From an uncultured SAR86 cluster bacterium (GTDB taxonomy: Bacteria > Pseudomonadota > Gammaproteobacteria > Magnimaribacterales > D2472): a stretch of 64,000 bases of DNA. Of the stretch, positions 20,966-32,522 are shown piece by piece. How positions within the stretch are numbered: position 1 is the stretch's first letter; each line of letters opens with the position of its first letter. The notes below the pieces were generated by a model. The model was not told the origin of the DNA, made no database searches, and saw only the letters and a program-made list of their open reading frames with translations. The translations under genes and the position numbers were made by a program. Where the stretch lies: assembly GCA_902602595.1 (NCBI GenBank), contig CACKRJ010000002.1, forward strand, positions 34,278-98,277, given 5' to 3'.

Positions 20966-22197
20966 AATCTTGGCTTAGATCAGTCAATGAAAGTATAAAA
21001 CCGAGTTTTATGCCAGGCGGGGCCCAGGCTAAATGGTTCCCAATTTATGATGCTATTGAAAACTTTATCTTTTCGTCTACTCATAAAACATCAAATCCTA
21101 TTCATGTTAGAGACTCGATAGATATTCAAAGAATTATGGTTATTGTCTGGCTTTCAGCATTTCCTGCAATGTTTTTTGGCATGTATAACATTGGTAATCA
21201 AACACTGGATTACTTAAATCTTGTTGGTATAGAGAATACAAATGATTGGCATCATATTTTTATTAATTTTGTTGGGTACACAAATAATACTTTTATGACC
21301 AAAATGTGGATAGGGGCTGTTTATTTTATTCCAATATATGCAGTTACTTTCGCCGTAGGAATTCTTTGGGAAATTTTGTTTGCTGTTGTTCGCAAACATG
21401 AAATTAATGAAGGACTTTTTGTGTCATCTATTTTATTTGCTTTAAGTTGCCCCCCTGATTTACCTTTATGGCAAGCCGCTATGGGAATAACATTTGGTAT
21501 TGTGATAGGTAAAGAAGTCTTTGGTGGAACTGGAAAAAATTTTTTAAATCCTGCTCTTACAGGAAGAGCTTTTTTATATTTTGCTTACCCATCTCAATTA
21601 TCTGGCGACAAAGTATGGATTGCTGGTCTTTCTGATACTGGAATCACTCCTGAAGGTTTTAGTGGAGCTACCCCCCTTGGATATGCTGCTGAAGGTGGAC
21701 TTCAGGGATTAAGTGATAATTTTTCATGGTTTGATGCTTTTGTAGGCAACATACCTGGCTCAGTTGGTGAAACATCTGTCATAGCTATTGCCATTGCTGC
21801 AACAATTCTGCTCGCAACTGGCGTGGCCTCATATCGAATTATTTTAGGAACAACTATTGGCATGCTTGTTATGTCATCAATTCTAAATATCGTTGGGTCA
21901 GACACCAATCCAATGTTCCAAGTTCCATGGTACTGGCATTTTGTAATCGGAAGCTTTGCTTTCGGTCTAGTTTTTATGGCCACAGAGCCCGTTTCTGGCT
22001 CTGGAACGAATATAGGAAGATGGATCTATGGTGCATTAATTGGAGTTACAGTTGTTTTGATCAGAGTTATTAATCCGGCTTTTCCTGAAGGAATGATGTT
22101 AGCTATATTGTTTGCAAATCTTTTTGCTCCTGTAATAGATCATATGGTTGTATCAAATAACATTGCCAGACGTAAGAGGGCTCTTTCATATGAATGA
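20962..22197 (+). CDS. nqrB: Na+-NQR subunit B
   Basis: FGGTGKNFLNPAL; SGATPL FMN-attachment Thr. Confidence 0.96.
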   Translation: MKSWLRSVNESIKPSFMPGGAQAKWFPIYDAIENFIFSSTHKTSNPIHVRDSIDIQRIMVIVWLSAFPAMFFGMYNIGNQTLDYLNLVGIENTNDWHHIFINFVGYTNNTFMTKMWIGAVYFIPIYAVTFAVGILWEILFAVVRKHEINEGLFVSSILFALSCPPDLPLWQAAMGITFGIVIGKEVFGGTGKNFLNPALTGRAFLYFAYPSQLSGDKVWIAGLSDTGITPEGFSGATPLGYAAEGGLQGLSDNFSWFDAFVGNIPGSVGETSVIAIAIAATILLATGVASYRIILGTTIGMLVMSSILNIVGSDTNPMFQVPWYWHFVIGSFAFGLVFMATEPVSGSGTNIGRWIYGALIGVTVVLIRVINPAFPEGMMLAILFANLFAPVIDHMVVSNNIARRKRALSYE

Positions 22198-22963
22198 TTC
22201 AGTGATAAAGACTCTCGCCGTCTCATTTCTTGTATGTCTGTTTTGCTCATTGGTAGTTTCATATGCTGCTGTTAGTTTGAGAGATATGCAAAATTTAAAT
22301 AAATTAAATGATCAAAGAATAAAGATTTTAAAGACTGCTGCAATTTACAGCCCAGATGAATCAATCGAGTCACAGTTTGCAAGGCTCACTCCTAAATTTG
22401 TTAACTTTAGTACAGGTGATTTGTTAGATGAATATGGTGATTATGATATTAATACTTATGATCCAGTTTATTTCTCAAAGCAACCTGAACATTCTTCCCC
22501 AATCCCTGCATCTGAAGACATAGCGATAGTAAAGAATAAAGAAAATATTGGAAAGATTTACCTGCTTACTGATTCATCACAAAATCTTGAAAAGGTTATA
22601 TTGCCCATAAGAGGTTATGGGTTATGGGGTACTTTATTTGGATATATTGCAATAGATAAAGATCTTAATACTATCAGAGGACTCGAATTTTATGCTCATA
22701 AAGAAACTCCTGGACTAGGCGCAGAAGTTGACAATCCAAAATGGAAATCCTTGTGGGACGGAAAATCAATATATAAAGATGGTGAGGTTGAGATCGAAGT
22801 CATAAAAGGAAAAGTTGACCCATCCAATCAGATGGCATCGTATCAAGTTGATGGCCTATCTGGCGCGACATTAACAAGTAGAGGTGTCACTAATATGTTG
22901 ATATTTTGGTTTGGTAAAAGTGGTTATAAAGAAACGCTAAAAAATATAAATTATGACAGTTAA
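22190..22963 (+). CDS. nqrC: Na+-NQR subunit C
   Basis: [22 protein letters not shown]; ATG at 22190. Confidence 0.95.
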   Translation: MNDSVIKTLAVSFLVCLFCSLVVSYAAVSLRDMQNLNKLNDQRIKILKTAAIYSPDESIESQFARLTPKFVNFSTGDLLDEYGDYDINTYDPVYFSKQPEHSSPIPASEDIAIVKNKENIGKIYLLTDSSQNLEKVILPIRGYGLWGTLFGYIAIDKDLNTIRGLEFYAHKETPGLGAEVDNPKWKSLWDGKSIYKDGEVEIEVIKGKVDPSNQMASYQVDGLSGATLTSRGVTNMLIFWFGKSGYKETLKNINYDS

Positions 22964-23639
22964 GCAGTATAAACAAATTCTTTCAAAACCTTTACTTGAA
23001 GAAAATCCAATTACACTTCAAATTCTTGGAATATGTTCAGCACTTGCAGTTACAAGTAATCTCTTAGTAACTTTAGTAATGTGTGTTGCTCTAACTAGCG
23101 TTGTCTCATTTTCTAATCTTTTCATTTCTATTATTCGTAACTATATTCCTAGTAGCGTAAGAATTATCGTCCAAATGACGATTATTGCATCTTTAGTGAT
23201 TGTCGTAGATGAGCTTTTAAAAGCATATGATTATGAAACAAGTAAAAAACTCTCAGTTTTCGTTGGTTTGATAATTACAAATTGCATTGTTATGGGTAGA
23301 GCAGAAGCTTTCGCAATGAAAGAAAAACCTTTTGTTAGTTTTCTTGATGGTCTTGGCAATGGTTTGGGCTACAGCATAATTTTAATTGCTGTAGCTGTAG
23401 TCAGAGAGCTATTCGGTTCCGGAACTTTGATGGGATATGAAATTTTACCTTTAGTTTCAAATGGTGGTTGGTACCCAGCAAATAATCTTTTATTACTTCC
23501 ACCTAGTTCATTCATTTTGATTGGCTTGATGATATGGGGAATAAGAGCTTATAAAAAAGATCAAATCGAACCAAATGAGTACAAACTATCTAGGCATGCA
23601 ACAGCTCCAGATTTAAGTAAAAAAGAATTAAATGTTTGA
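22953..23639 (+). CDS. nqrD: Na+-NQR subunit D
   Basis: [27 protein letters not shown]. Confidence 0.96.
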   Translation: MTVKQYKQILSKPLLEENPITLQILGICSALAVTSNLLVTLVMCVALTSVVSFSNLFISIIRNYIPSSVRIIVQMTIIASLVIVVDELLKAYDYETSKKLSVFVGLIITNCIVMGRAEAFAMKEKPFVSFLDGLGNGLGYSIILIAVAVVRELFGSGTLMGYEILPLVSNGGWYPANNLLLLPPSSFILIGLMIWGIRAYKKDQIEPNEYKLSRHATAPDLSKKELNV

Positions 23640-24243
23640 ACACTATCTAAGCATTTTTATAACTACTGTTTTTATAGAGAATATTGCTTTGTCTGTTTTT
23701 CTGGGAATGTGTACATTTATAGCAATATCAAAGAAAATTGATGCTGCATTTGGTCTAGGAATAGCTGTCATTGTTGTATGTCTAATTACAGTTCCTCTCA
23801 ATAATTTAATTTATAACTCAATTCTTAAAGAAGGTGCCCTTGCTTGGGCAGGACTTCCAGAAGCAAACTTAGAATTTGTCGGTTTAATTAGTTACATAGG
23901 AGTAATTGCTGCAGCTGTCCAGATATTAGAAATGTTTTTAGACAAGTTTGTTCCAGCTTTATATAATGCATTAGGAGTCTTCTTACCTTTGATCACTGTA
24001 AATTGTGCAATTTTAGGTGCATCACTATTCATGATAGAAAAAGATCTTAAGTTTGGTGAGAGTGTAGTCTATGGATTGGGTGCTGGCGTTGGTTGGGCAA
24101 TGGCTATAGTGGTCTTAGCAGGTATAAGGGAGAAATTAAAATATTCAGATATTCCTGATGGCTTGCAAGGGCTGGGAGTTACATTTTTAATAGTTGGCTT
24201 AATGAGTTTTGGTTTTATGTCATTTGGCGGTATTTCACTTTAA
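23632..24243 (+). CDS. nqrE: Na+-NQR subunit E
   Basis: [17 protein letters not shown]. Confidence 0.96.
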   Translation: MFEHYLSIFITTVFIENIALSVFLGMCTFIAISKKIDAAFGLGIAVIVVCLITVPLNNLIYNSILKEGALAWAGLPEANLEFVGLISYIGVIAAAVQILEMFLDKFVPALYNALGVFLPLITVNCAILGASLFMIEKDLKFGESVVYGLGAGVGWAMAIVVLAGIREKLKYSDIPDGLQGLGVTFLIVGLMSFGFMSFGGISL

Positions 24244-24272
24244 AAAATAAGATTAGTAACAATATATAAAAT

Positions 24273-25505
24273 ATGCAAATTGATTTATTTTTAGGTGTTC
24301 TCTCTTTTACGGGTGTGGTCCTTCTTTTAGTTGGAATTATTATTGCTGCACGCAGTCAATTGGTTAGTTCTGGTGATGTCTCGATTGAAATTAATGGAGA
24401 TTCATCAAATCCAATTGTTGTTCCATCAGGTAACAAACTACTACAAACACTTGCAGAAAATAAGATTTTCTTATCTTCAGCATGCGGTGGAGGCGGGACA
24501 TGCAGTCAATGTAAATGTCAAATTTCAGAAGGTGGTGGATCCATACTTCCAACCGAAGAATCGCACTTTAATTCAAAAGAAAAAAAGGATGGCTGGAGAC
24601 TATCTTGTCAGGTAGCAGTAAAGAATGATTTAAAGATTACCATTCCTGAAGAAGTATTTGGCGTTAAAGAGTGGGAGTGTGAAGTAATTTCAAATGATAA
24701 TGTTGCAACATTCATAAAAGAATTGGTTCTAAAACTTCCAGAAGGTGAAGAGGTAAATTTTAAAGCGGGTGGATACGTTCAACTCGAAGCTCCCGCATAT
24801 AATAATCTTGATTATAAATCTTTTGATGTTGCTGATGAATACAGGGAAGATTGGGATAAATTTAAAATTTGGGATAACGTAGCAAATAACTCTGAACCTA
24901 TAATTCGAGCATACTCAATGGCAAATTATCCAGATGAAAAGGGTGTTTTAAAGTTTAATATTAGAGTTGCAAGTCCTCCTCCTGGATCTACAGACATTCC
25001 ACCTGGTTTAATGTCATCTTGGACTTTTAATCTTAAACCGGGTGATAAAGTAAGAGTTTTTGGTCCATTTGGCGAATTCTTTGCTAAAAAAACCAATGCC
25101 GAAATGGTATTTATTGGGGGTGGAGCAGGCATGGCTCCAATGAGAGCACATATTTTTGATCAACTTCTTAGAATAAATAGCGATAGAAAGATTTCTTTTT
25201 GGTATGGAGCGAGAAGCCTTAAAGAAATGTTTTATGTTAATGATTTTAATGAACTAGCTGAAAAAAATAATAACTTTGATTGGCACGTTGCTTTGTCTGA
25301 TCCGCAGCCAGAAGATGAATGGAATGGTCTAACAGGATTTATTCATCAGGTTATTTATGATAATTATTTAAAATCTCATAAAGCTCCTGAAGATTGTGAA
25401 TTCTATATGTGTGGTCCTCCAATGATGAATAAGGCTTGTATTGACATGCTTATCAATCTTGGCGTTGAGCCAGAAAATATAATGCTCGATGACTTTGGTG
25501 GTTAG
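24273..25505 (+). CDS. nqrF: Na+-NQR subunit F
   Basis: [12 protein letters not shown] 2Fe-2S motif, [22 protein letters not shown]. Confidence 0.97.
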   Translation: MQIDLFLGVLSFTGVVLLLVGIIIAARSQLVSSGDVSIEINGDSSNPIVVPSGNKLLQTLAENKIFLSSACGGGGTCSQCKCQISEGGGSILPTEESHFNSKEKKDGWRLSCQVAVKNDLKITIPEEVFGVKEWECEVISNDNVATFIKELVLKLPEGEEVNFKAGGYVQLEAPAYNNLDYKSFDVADEYREDWDKFKIWDNVANNSEPIIRAYSMANYPDEKGVLKFNIRVASPPPGSTDIPPGLMSSWTFNLKPGDKVRVFGPFGEFFAKKTNAEMVFIGGGAGMAPMRAHIFDQLLRINSDRKISFWYGARSLKEMFYVNDFNELAEKNNNFDWHVALSDPQPEDEWNGLTGFIHQVIYDNYLKSHKAPEDCEFYMCGPPMMNKACIDMLINLGVEPENIMLDDFGG

Positions 25506-25513
25506 AACTTCAG

Positions 25514-26494
25514 TTGAATAGGCTAATTTTATCTAAATTATTAGCCCTAGCAGTAGGTATAGCGTGCGTATTTTTTGCCTTCAAATATAATAAGAATGCT
25601 CTCTATGAAACTTCTGGGTCAATATATGGAACTTATTGGAAATTAGTTTCAACAGAATATATATCTGATCCTCTAATTCAATCAATTAAACAAGAGCTAA
25701 ATAGAATTGATTTTATTGCTTCAAACTATAAACCATCCTCAGAGCTATCAATTATTAATGCAGCACCTATAAATACAGAAATAGGTATTTCTTCAGATAT
25801 GCATACTATTTTAAAATTTGCTGAAGATCTTCATCAATTATCAAATGGATATTACGATGTAACTATTGGATCGTTAATTATTAAAGAGGGATTTGGACCT
25901 GAATTTTCAATGACTGATGATGCTATTCCAGTTTCAAAAAAAAGATTTAATTTTTTAAACAATAATTCCATTACTAAAAATGATAATTTTCAGTTTGATT
26001 TATCATCAATTGCGAAAGGTTACGCACTGGATTTAATTTCGAATCTTCTCATAAGAGCAAACAGAGATAATTATTTGATTGATATTGGCGGAGAAATAAT
26101 AGTAAATGGATCTAAACATGGTGCACCATGGACTGTAGGTATCCAAAGTCCATCTGCTTTTAATAATCAATCAGATGCGCAAATTCAAAGTAACAAATTT
26201 TTAGCAATAGCTACCTCAGGAGAGTACAGAAACTTTAAATTAAATGATAATGGTGTTGTTACTAGCCACACATTTATTCCAGAAATTCAAAAATCATTAA
26301 TCGATAAATCCTACTCTGTTACAGTTGTTTCAGAAAAATCATCAATGTTTGCTGATGCATGGGCTACAGCTCTTAATGCTCTTGGGCCGAATAAAGGTAT
26401 TAAAGTTGCAAATGAGCATAACATTTCAGTTATGTATATAATGCAAGAAAATAATATGATGATTAAGTCAAATTATTGGAATTATAATGATTGA
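25514..26494 (+). CDS. apbE: FAD:protein FMN transferase
   Basis: DLSSIAKGY, DIGGE, ATSGEY, ADAWATAL; follows nqrF. Confidence 0.92.
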   Translation: MNRLILSKLLALAVGIACVFFAFKYNKNALYETSGSIYGTYWKLVSTEYISDPLIQSIKQELNRIDFIASNYKPSSELSIINAAPINTEIGISSDMHTILKFAEDLHQLSNGYYDVTIGSLIIKEGFGPEFSMTDDAIPVSKKRFNFLNNNSITKNDNFQFDLSSIAKGYALDLISNLLIRANRDNYLIDIGGEIIVNGSKHGAPWTVGIQSPSAFNNQSDAQIQSNKFLAIATSGEYRNFKLNDNGVVTSHTFIPEIQKSLIDKSYSVTVVSEKSSMFADAWATALNALGPNKGIKVANEHNISVMYIMQENNMMIKSNYWNYND

Positions 26495-26663
26495 ATTTTT
26501 ATCAGTATTTCTGCTTATAGCTATATCATTTGCTGCAATTTCAATTGGAGTCATCCTTAAAAATAAACCACTTCAGGGTAGTTGTGGCGGAATGGCAAAT
26601 TTAGAGGAAGGTGCGTCCTGTCAAATATGCGGACGCACCAATACAGGGGGATGTGAAAACTAG
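26487..26663 (+). CDS. nqrM: Na+-NQR maturation factor NqrM (58 aa, absent from the ORF track)
   Basis: Translated by hand: MIEFLSVFLLIAISFAAISIGVILKNKPLQGSCGGMANLEEGASCQICGRTNTGGCEN. TM helix, GSCGG and CxxC..C; overlaps apbE end. Confidence 0.9.
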   Translation: MIEFLSVFLLIAISFAAISIGVILKNKPLQGSCGGMANLEEGASCQICGRTNTGGCEN

Positions 26664-28250
26664 CTAGAACTGATTCATCGTATTATCTTTTCCTGATGCT
26701 TTAAGTGCTGCCTCACCAGCAAAATATTCTTTATGATCGTCACCCATATCTGAGCCGGCCATATTTTGATGTTTCACACATGCTATTCCTTGACGGATTT
26801 CTTTTCTTTGAACACCTTTAACGTATCCAAGCATACCCATTTCACCAAAATATTTTTTTGCAAGATTGTCTGTAGATAAAGCTGCTGTATGGTATGTTGG
26901 CAGAGTAATTAAATGATGGAAAATTCCAGCTTCTCTAGCCGCATCAGCTTGAAAAGTTTTTATCTTTTCGTCAGCTCGAATAGCAAGATCAGTGACATCA
27001 TATTCTTCGTTCATTAAATTTTCTCTAGTATATTCAGATACATCCTCACCATCTTTCGACATAGCATCAAATACTTGTTGTCTAAAATTAAGAGTCCAAT
27101 TAAATGAAGGGCTATTGTTGTAAACGAGTTTTGCATTTGGAACTACTTTTTTAATTTCATCCATCATTGCTCCAATTTGACCAATATGAGGCTTTTCAGT
27201 TTCAATCCAAATTAAATCTGCACCGTTTTGTAAACTAGTAATGGAATCGAGTATACAGCGTGCTTCGCCTGTTCCTTCTTTAAAACGATATAAGTTACTT
27301 GGAAGTCGTTTTGGTCGAACAACTTTTCCATTTTGATTAATTAAAACATCTCCGTGATCTAATTGTGAGTGTTCAAGCTCTTCAACATCTAAAAATGAAT
27401 TATATTGATCTCCTAAATCACCGACTTCATGTGTTATAGCTATTTGTTTAGTCAATCCAGCGCCTAATGAGTCAGTTCTTGCTACTATAACTCCGTCATC
27501 TACTCCAAGTTCTAAAAAAGCGTATCTTACTGCATTAATTTTTGCGAGAAAGTCTGCATGTGGGACAGTTACTTTTCCATCTTGGTGACCACACTGCTTT
27601 TCATCTGAAACTTGATTTTCAATTTGAATGCAACATGCTCCTGCTTCAATCATTTGCTTTGCCATTAAATATGTTGCTTCTTCGTTACCGAATCCTGCAT
27701 CAATATCAGCAATAATTGGAACAATATGTGTTTTAAAATCGTCTATTTCCTTTTGAACTAATGGTTTTTCCTTATCACTAGCCTCATCTAGCTGCCTAAA
27801 TAAACCTCCAAGTTCCCTGGCATCAGCTTGTCTTAAGAACGTATAAAGTTCTTTTATAAGTGCTGCAACTGAAGTTTTTTCGTGCATAGACTGATCTGGA
27901 AGGGGTCCAAATTCAGATCGTAATGCAGCAACCATCCAGCCTGAAAGATAAAGGTATCTCTTATCAGTCGTACCAAAGTGTTTTTTAATTGAAATTAATT
28001 TTTGTTGGCCAATAAAACCATGCCAGCATCCTAATGATTGTGTGTAAGCTGATGAATCTTTATCGTATTCATCCATATCCTTTCTCATCAATGATGCTGT
28101 ATATTTAGCAATATCAATTCCTGATTTAAACTGATTTTGCAGTCTCATCCTAGCTGCATACTCTGGATTTATAGAATCCCAGCTAGATTCAGAAAATTTT
28201 GGAATCTTATTTAACTTATCTACTTCAGATGTAAAGTTTGTTTTTGACAT
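26664..28250 (-). CDS. aceA: Isocitrate lyase (Pseudomonas-type)
   Basis: DIDAGFG, KQCGHQDGK, YNNSPSFNW. Confidence 0.97.
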   Translation of the reverse strand: MSKTNFTSEVDKLNKIPKFSESSWDSINPEYAARMRLQNQFKSGIDIAKYTASLMRKDMDEYDKDSSAYTQSLGCWHGFIGQQKLISIKKHFGTTDKRYLYLSGWMVAALRSEFGPLPDQSMHEKTSVAALIKELYTFLRQADARELGGLFRQLDEASDKEKPLVQKEIDDFKTHIVPIIADIDAGFGNEEATYLMAKQMIEAGACCIQIENQVSDEKQCGHQDGKVTVPHADFLAKINAVRYAFLELGVDDGVIVARTDSLGAGLTKQIAITHEVGDLGDQYNSFLDVEELEHSQLDHGDVLINQNGKVVRPKRLPSNLYRFKEGTGEARCILDSITSLQNGADLIWIETEKPHIGQIGAMMDEIKKVVPNAKLVYNNSPSFNWTLNFRQQVFDAMSKDGEDVSEYTRENLMNEEYDVTDLAIRADEKIKTFQADAAREAGIFHHLITLPTYHTAALSTDNLAKKYFGEMGMLGYVKGVQRKEIRQGIACVKHQNMAGSDMGDDHKEYFAGEAALKASGKDNTMNQF

Positions 28251-28269
28251 TATAGCCCCCCATGTATCA

Positions 28270-28369
28270 ATGTAGTGAATTTGAATTTAAATACTATTAA
28301 TTGTCAATATTATTTATAAATTCTATATTAATAGTATTTTAAGAGATAAAATTTTGTAGTTAAACTACT
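28270..28369 (-). promoter_or_regulatory. aceA upstream region with inverted repeat and HexR/RccR-like sites
   Basis: AAATACTATTAAT (28289-28301) and ATTAATAGTATTT (28327-28339) flank a minus-strand TTGACA; ATGTAGTG at 28270; TGTAGTTAAACTAC at 28355. Confidence 0.45.
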
Positions 28370-29726
28370 AAAATTTATTTTTTGCTAGTATTGAGGCAAT
28401 ACCAGTGTAATTATGAGGCGTAAGTTTTCTTAATTTATTTTTTGAAGTTTTTGAGATTTTTAGTGAATCAACTATTTCTAAATATGAATGTTTATTAAGA
28501 TTTTGTCCTCTGGTTAAATTTTTAATTTCTTCATAGGCATTTTCATAGCCCTCTAACTTCATAACTATCTGCAATCCTTCAGCGAGTACTTGCCAATTAT
28601 CTGAAAGCTCTGATGCAGTTTTTATTCTATTAGGTTGAATTTTATTTAAGCCTTGTATGCAGGAAATAATTCCTAAATAGCTATACCCAAAACCTATACC
28701 AATATTTCGTAAAACAGTTGAATCAGATAAATCTCTTTGTAATCTAGATTTTGATAATTTTTCCGCAAAGAAACCCATCAAAGAATTTGAAATTCCCATG
28801 TTTCCTTCAGAATTTTCAAAATCAATTGGGTTTACTTTGTGAGGCATAGTAGAGGATCCAACTTCACCATCTTTAAGTTTTAATTTAAAAATATCATTAG
28901 AGATGTATGCCCAAAAATCTTGATTCATATCGATCAAAATATTATTAATTCTTTGAATGCATTGACAAATTTCCGCTATTCCATCGTGTGGTTCAATTTG
29001 TGTTGTTACAGGATTTTGTTCAACTTGATATGATGAAATAAACTTTTTAGTCTTTGATGCCCAGTTAATGCTTGGATCAGCCAAATATAAAGTATGGTAG
29101 TTACCTGTAGCACCACTAAATTTAGCTAAAGTTCTTATCCTTTTTAGTATTTCTTTTTGTCGAATTAGTCTTTGATGAAAGACTTTTATTTCTTTTCCAA
29201 GAGTAGATGGAGACGCAGCTTGCCCATGAGTTCTGGCAAGCATGGATATTGATGACCATGATTTAGATTTTAAATTTAATATTTTAATGAGGGAGTCAAA
29301 TTTTTTAATATATATATCTTTAGCATCTCTAAGTAATACACCATATGTTAATGAATTAATGTCTTCACTAGTTAATGCAAAATGGACTAAATGTTCGTAT
29401 TTTTTTAAATTAGAATATTTCTTCATTTCTTCTCTAATAAAATATTCAACAGCTTTAACATCATGATTAGTCTTTGATTCAATTTTTTTAATCCTTTTGC
29501 TTGATTTTTCATCAAAATTATTTTTGATTGCTAAAAGATTTTTTTTTGCAGCTATAGTTAGCGGCTGGAACTTTTTACCGCATTGAGTGGTTAAAAAAAT
29601 TATCCAATCAATCTCAATTTTAAATCGAGTTTTATTTAGATTGGATTCTGAAAAATTCTTTGCTAATTTAACAATTTTTTGATTGTAGCGATTATCTAGT
29701 GGAGAGATTTGATCTTGATTTTTCAT
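28368..29726 (-). CDS. purB: Adenylosuccinate lyase
   Basis: TNHDVKAVEY, GSSTMPHKVNPIDFENSEGN; ATG 29726 preferred. Confidence 0.96.
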   Translation of the reverse strand: MKNQDQISPLDNRYNQKIVKLAKNFSESNLNKTRFKIEIDWIIFLTTQCGKKFQPLTIAAKKNLLAIKNNFDEKSSKRIKKIESKTNHDVKAVEYFIREEMKKYSNLKKYEHLVHFALTSEDINSLTYGVLLRDAKDIYIKKFDSLIKILNLKSKSWSSISMLARTHGQAASPSTLGKEIKVFHQRLIRQKEILKRIRTLAKFSGATGNYHTLYLADPSINWASKTKKFISSYQVEQNPVTTQIEPHDGIAEICQCIQRINNILIDMNQDFWAYISNDIFKLKLKDGEVGSSTMPHKVNPIDFENSEGNMGISNSLMGFFAEKLSKSRLQRDLSDSTVLRNIGIGFGYSYLGIISCIQGLNKIQPNRIKTASELSDNWQVLAEGLQIVMKLEGYENAYEEIKNLTRGQNLNKHSYLEIVDSLKISKTSKNKLRKLTPHNYTGIASILAKNKF

Positions 29727-29740
29727 TGAGCTAATTATAG

Positions 29741-30832
29741 CTAGTCTTTTAAAGCTTTTGCTATTATGCCCCCACCTAAACATTGATTATTTTTATATAG
29801 CACAGCTGATTGTCCTGGCGCTATTGCTCTGATGTTTTCTGAGAACAATACTTTTACTCCATCATCTAAAAAGTGTGCAATACACTCTATCGGCTTTCCT
29901 CTGTGTCGAACTTGTACATGACAACTAAGTTTTTTTGGATTTTTAGTTGGATTAATCCATTTCATTTTTTCCATAATTAATCCGCTACTCATTAATAAAT
30001 TATTAAATTCTCCCTGGCATACATAAATTTCATTTAGTTCAATATTTTTATCGTAAACGTACCATGGCAACTCGGGTTTATTTTTAACGCCACCAACATT
30101 TAACCCTTGTCTTTGGCCTTGAGTAAAAAGAATTGCTCCTGGATGTTTTCCAACGATGTTACCTTCAGAATCTTTTATATTTCCATTTTTAAACTTTATA
30201 AATCTTTTAAGAAAATCTTTTAAATTTCTTTCTCCAACAAAACAAATACCGACAGAATCTTTTTTATCATGATTTATAAAATTATTACTTTCAGCGATTT
30301 CTCTAACTTCACTCTTAGTTAATCCTTCTAGAGGAAATAAACATTTAGCAAAATCTTTGCCACTAACTTCATGAAGAAAATATGTTTGATCTTTATTTAA
30401 ATCTTTTGATCTCATTAAAAGAGTTTTATTATTTTTGCGTACAATTTTTGCATAGTGGCCGGTTGCTATGTGGTCAGCTCCAATTTTAATCGCATAATCT
30501 AAAAATGATTTGAACTTAATTTCTCTATTACACAAAATATCAGGATTTGGTGTTCTTCCTTTTTCATGCTCTGAAAGAAATTCTTTAAATACTCTATCCC
30601 AATATTCATCACTAAAATTTGCTTTATGCAATGGAATATTTAATTGATCACAAACTTTAGATGCATCATTAAAATCAAGCTCTGATGTGCAAACTTCTCC
30701 CGGTTCATTTTGCCAATTTTGCATAAATAAACCTTGGACGTTATAACCTTCTTTTTGTAATAAATAAGCTGCAACAGACGAGTCAACACCACCTGACATA
30801 CCAACAACAACTGTTTTATTTATATTTGCCAT
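29741..30832 (-). CDS. mnmA: tRNA 2-thiouridylase
   Basis: SGGVDSS, PNPDILCN, ATGHYA, KDQTYFL, PGQ. Confidence 0.97.
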   Translation of the reverse strand: MANINKTVVVGMSGGVDSSVAAYLLQKEGYNVQGLFMQNWQNEPGEVCTSELDFNDASKVCDQLNIPLHKANFSDEYWDRVFKEFLSEHEKGRTPNPDILCNREIKFKSFLDYAIKIGADHIATGHYAKIVRKNNKTLLMRSKDLNKDQTYFLHEVSGKDFAKCLFPLEGLTKSEVREIAESNNFINHDKKDSVGICFVGERNLKDFLKRFIKFKNGNIKDSEGNIVGKHPGAILFTQGQRQGLNVGGVKNKPELPWYVYDKNIELNEIYVCQGEFNNLLMSSGLIMEKMKWINPTKNPKKLSCHVQVRHRGKPIECIAHFLDDGVKVLFSENIRAIAPGQSAVLYKNNQCLGGGIIAKALKD

Positions 30833-30921
30833 ATTTTATTTATAAACCTTAATTTAAGAGGTTTTTTTAGAGTATAATTCATCCAAATTTTACAATATAA
30901 AACCGTTTCAAAGAGGATAAC

Positions 30922-32175
30922 ATGGCTTATAAACATATTAAGATCCCCAAAGAAGGCTCAAAAATTACATTAAAAGATGGGTTGCTTCAAGTCCCTGATA
31001 ATCCAATTATTCCTTTTATAGAAGGTGATGGCATCGGAATTGATATTACGCCAGCTATGATTGATGTTGTAGATAATGCTGTAGAGACGGCATATAAAGG
31101 AGATAAAAAAATAGCATGGATGGAGGTTTTTTGTGGCGAAAAATCAACACAGGTATATGATGCGGATACATGGTTACCTGATGAAACCATTGAAGCGTTA
31201 AAAGAGTATATCGTCAGCATCAAAGGACCATTAACAACTCCTGTTGGAGGCGGAATCAGATCATTAAATGTCTCATTGCGTCAGATTCTAGATCTTTATG
31301 TGTGTTTAAGACCAATTAGATATTTTGCAGGTGTTCCAAGTCCAGTAAAAAATCCTTCTCATGTTGACATGGTAATTTTTAGAGAGAATTCCGAAGACAT
31401 ATATGCTGGTGTAGAGTTTGAAGCTGGCTCCAAAGAGTCAGATGCTATGGTAAAAGTTCTACAAGAACAATTTAACGTAACTCAAATTCGTTTTCCTTCT
31501 GAAGTCGGCCTGGGTGTAAAACCTATATCGAAGCAGGGGACAGAAAGACTAGTAAAACAAGCCCTTGATTATGCAATCAAAAATGATAGATCGTCTGTAA
31601 CACTTGTTCACAAGGGAAATATTATGAAGTTTACTGAGGGAGCATTTAGAGATTGGGGATATGAGTTAAGCATGAATTCATACCATGGAGAACTATTAGA
31701 TGGCGGCCCATGGGTTACAGTCAAGAATCCGAATACTAATAAAAATATCATAGTCAAAGATGTAATTTGTGATGCCTTTCTTCAACAAATCCTTACTAGG
31801 CCTAAAGAGTATGATGTTATAGCAACAATGAACTTGAATGGTGATTATGTTTCAGATGCGCTTGCGGCTTGTGTTGGAGGTATCGGTATTGCTCCTGGAG
31901 CAAATATTGGAGATGACTCTGCATTATTTGAGGCAACACATGGTACTGCACCAAAATATGCTGGTCAGGATAAAGTTAATCCAGGCTCGTTAATTTTGTC
32001 AGCCGAAATGATGTTAAGGCATATGGGTTGGACTGAAGCAGCTGACCTTATTATTTCATCAATGGAAGCTGCAATTACAGATAAAATGGTTACTTACGAT
32101 TTTGAGAGACTCATGGATGGCGCAAATTTAGTTTCTTGTTCAGGCTTTGCAAAGGAAATGATTAAAAGAATGTGA
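30922..32175 (+). CDS. icd: NADP-dependent isocitrate dehydrogenase (dimeric)
   Basis: [29 protein letters not shown]. Confidence 0.98.
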   Translation: MAYKHIKIPKEGSKITLKDGLLQVPDNPIIPFIEGDGIGIDITPAMIDVVDNAVETAYKGDKKIAWMEVFCGEKSTQVYDADTWLPDETIEALKEYIVSIKGPLTTPVGGGIRSLNVSLRQILDLYVCLRPIRYFAGVPSPVKNPSHVDMVIFRENSEDIYAGVEFEAGSKESDAMVKVLQEQFNVTQIRFPSEVGLGVKPISKQGTERLVKQALDYAIKNDRSSVTLVHKGNIMKFTEGAFRDWGYELSMNSYHGELLDGGPWVTVKNPNTNKNIIVKDVICDAFLQQILTRPKEYDVIATMNLNGDYVSDALAACVGGIGIAPGANIGDDSALFEATHGTAPKYAGQDKVNPGSLILSAEMMLRHMGWTEAADLIISSMEAAITDKMVTYDFERLMDGANLVSCSGFAKEMIKRM

Positions 32176-32183
32176 GGATTTAT

Positions 32184-32522
32184 ATGTCTTCAGAATCTTC
32201 TAGCGGTTCCAATGGTTCAGGTGATTTAGGTACCCTTGTCTTAGAGGGAAGACCGGAATTAAAAGAACCTCCATTGTATCAAGTTGTCCTGCTTAATGAT
32301 GACTTCACACCTATGGAATTTGTTGTTTACATTCTTCAATCAATTTTTGGTTATGATCACGAAAGATCTACCCAAATTATGCTTGCCGTTCATACAAAAG
32401 GAAAGGGAGTTTGTGGTATATTTCCTAAAGAGATTGCAGAAATGAAATCTCATGAAATCAATGAAATGGCAAAAGCTCATGAGCATCCTCTTATAAGTGA
32501 AATAGAGCCGTTAACAGATTAA
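32184..32522 (+). CDS. clpS: Clp protease adaptor
   Basis: YQVVLLNDDFTPMEFVV. Confidence 0.96.
   Translation: MSSESSSGSNGSGDLGTLVLEGRPELKEPPLYQVVLLNDDFTPMEFVVYILQSIFGYDHERSTQIMLAVHTKGKGVCGIFPKEIAEMKSHEINEMAKAHEHPLISEIEPLTD

Noticed and set aside
30844-30864. Short inverted repeat AAACCT..AGGTTT between mnmA and icd
   Set aside because: A weak 6-bp stem in a divergent promoter region, not distinguishable from background.
32000-32184. Phage integration at the icd 3' end (e14/phage 21 type)
   Set aside because: icd runs directly into clpS and no duplicated 3' end was seen.
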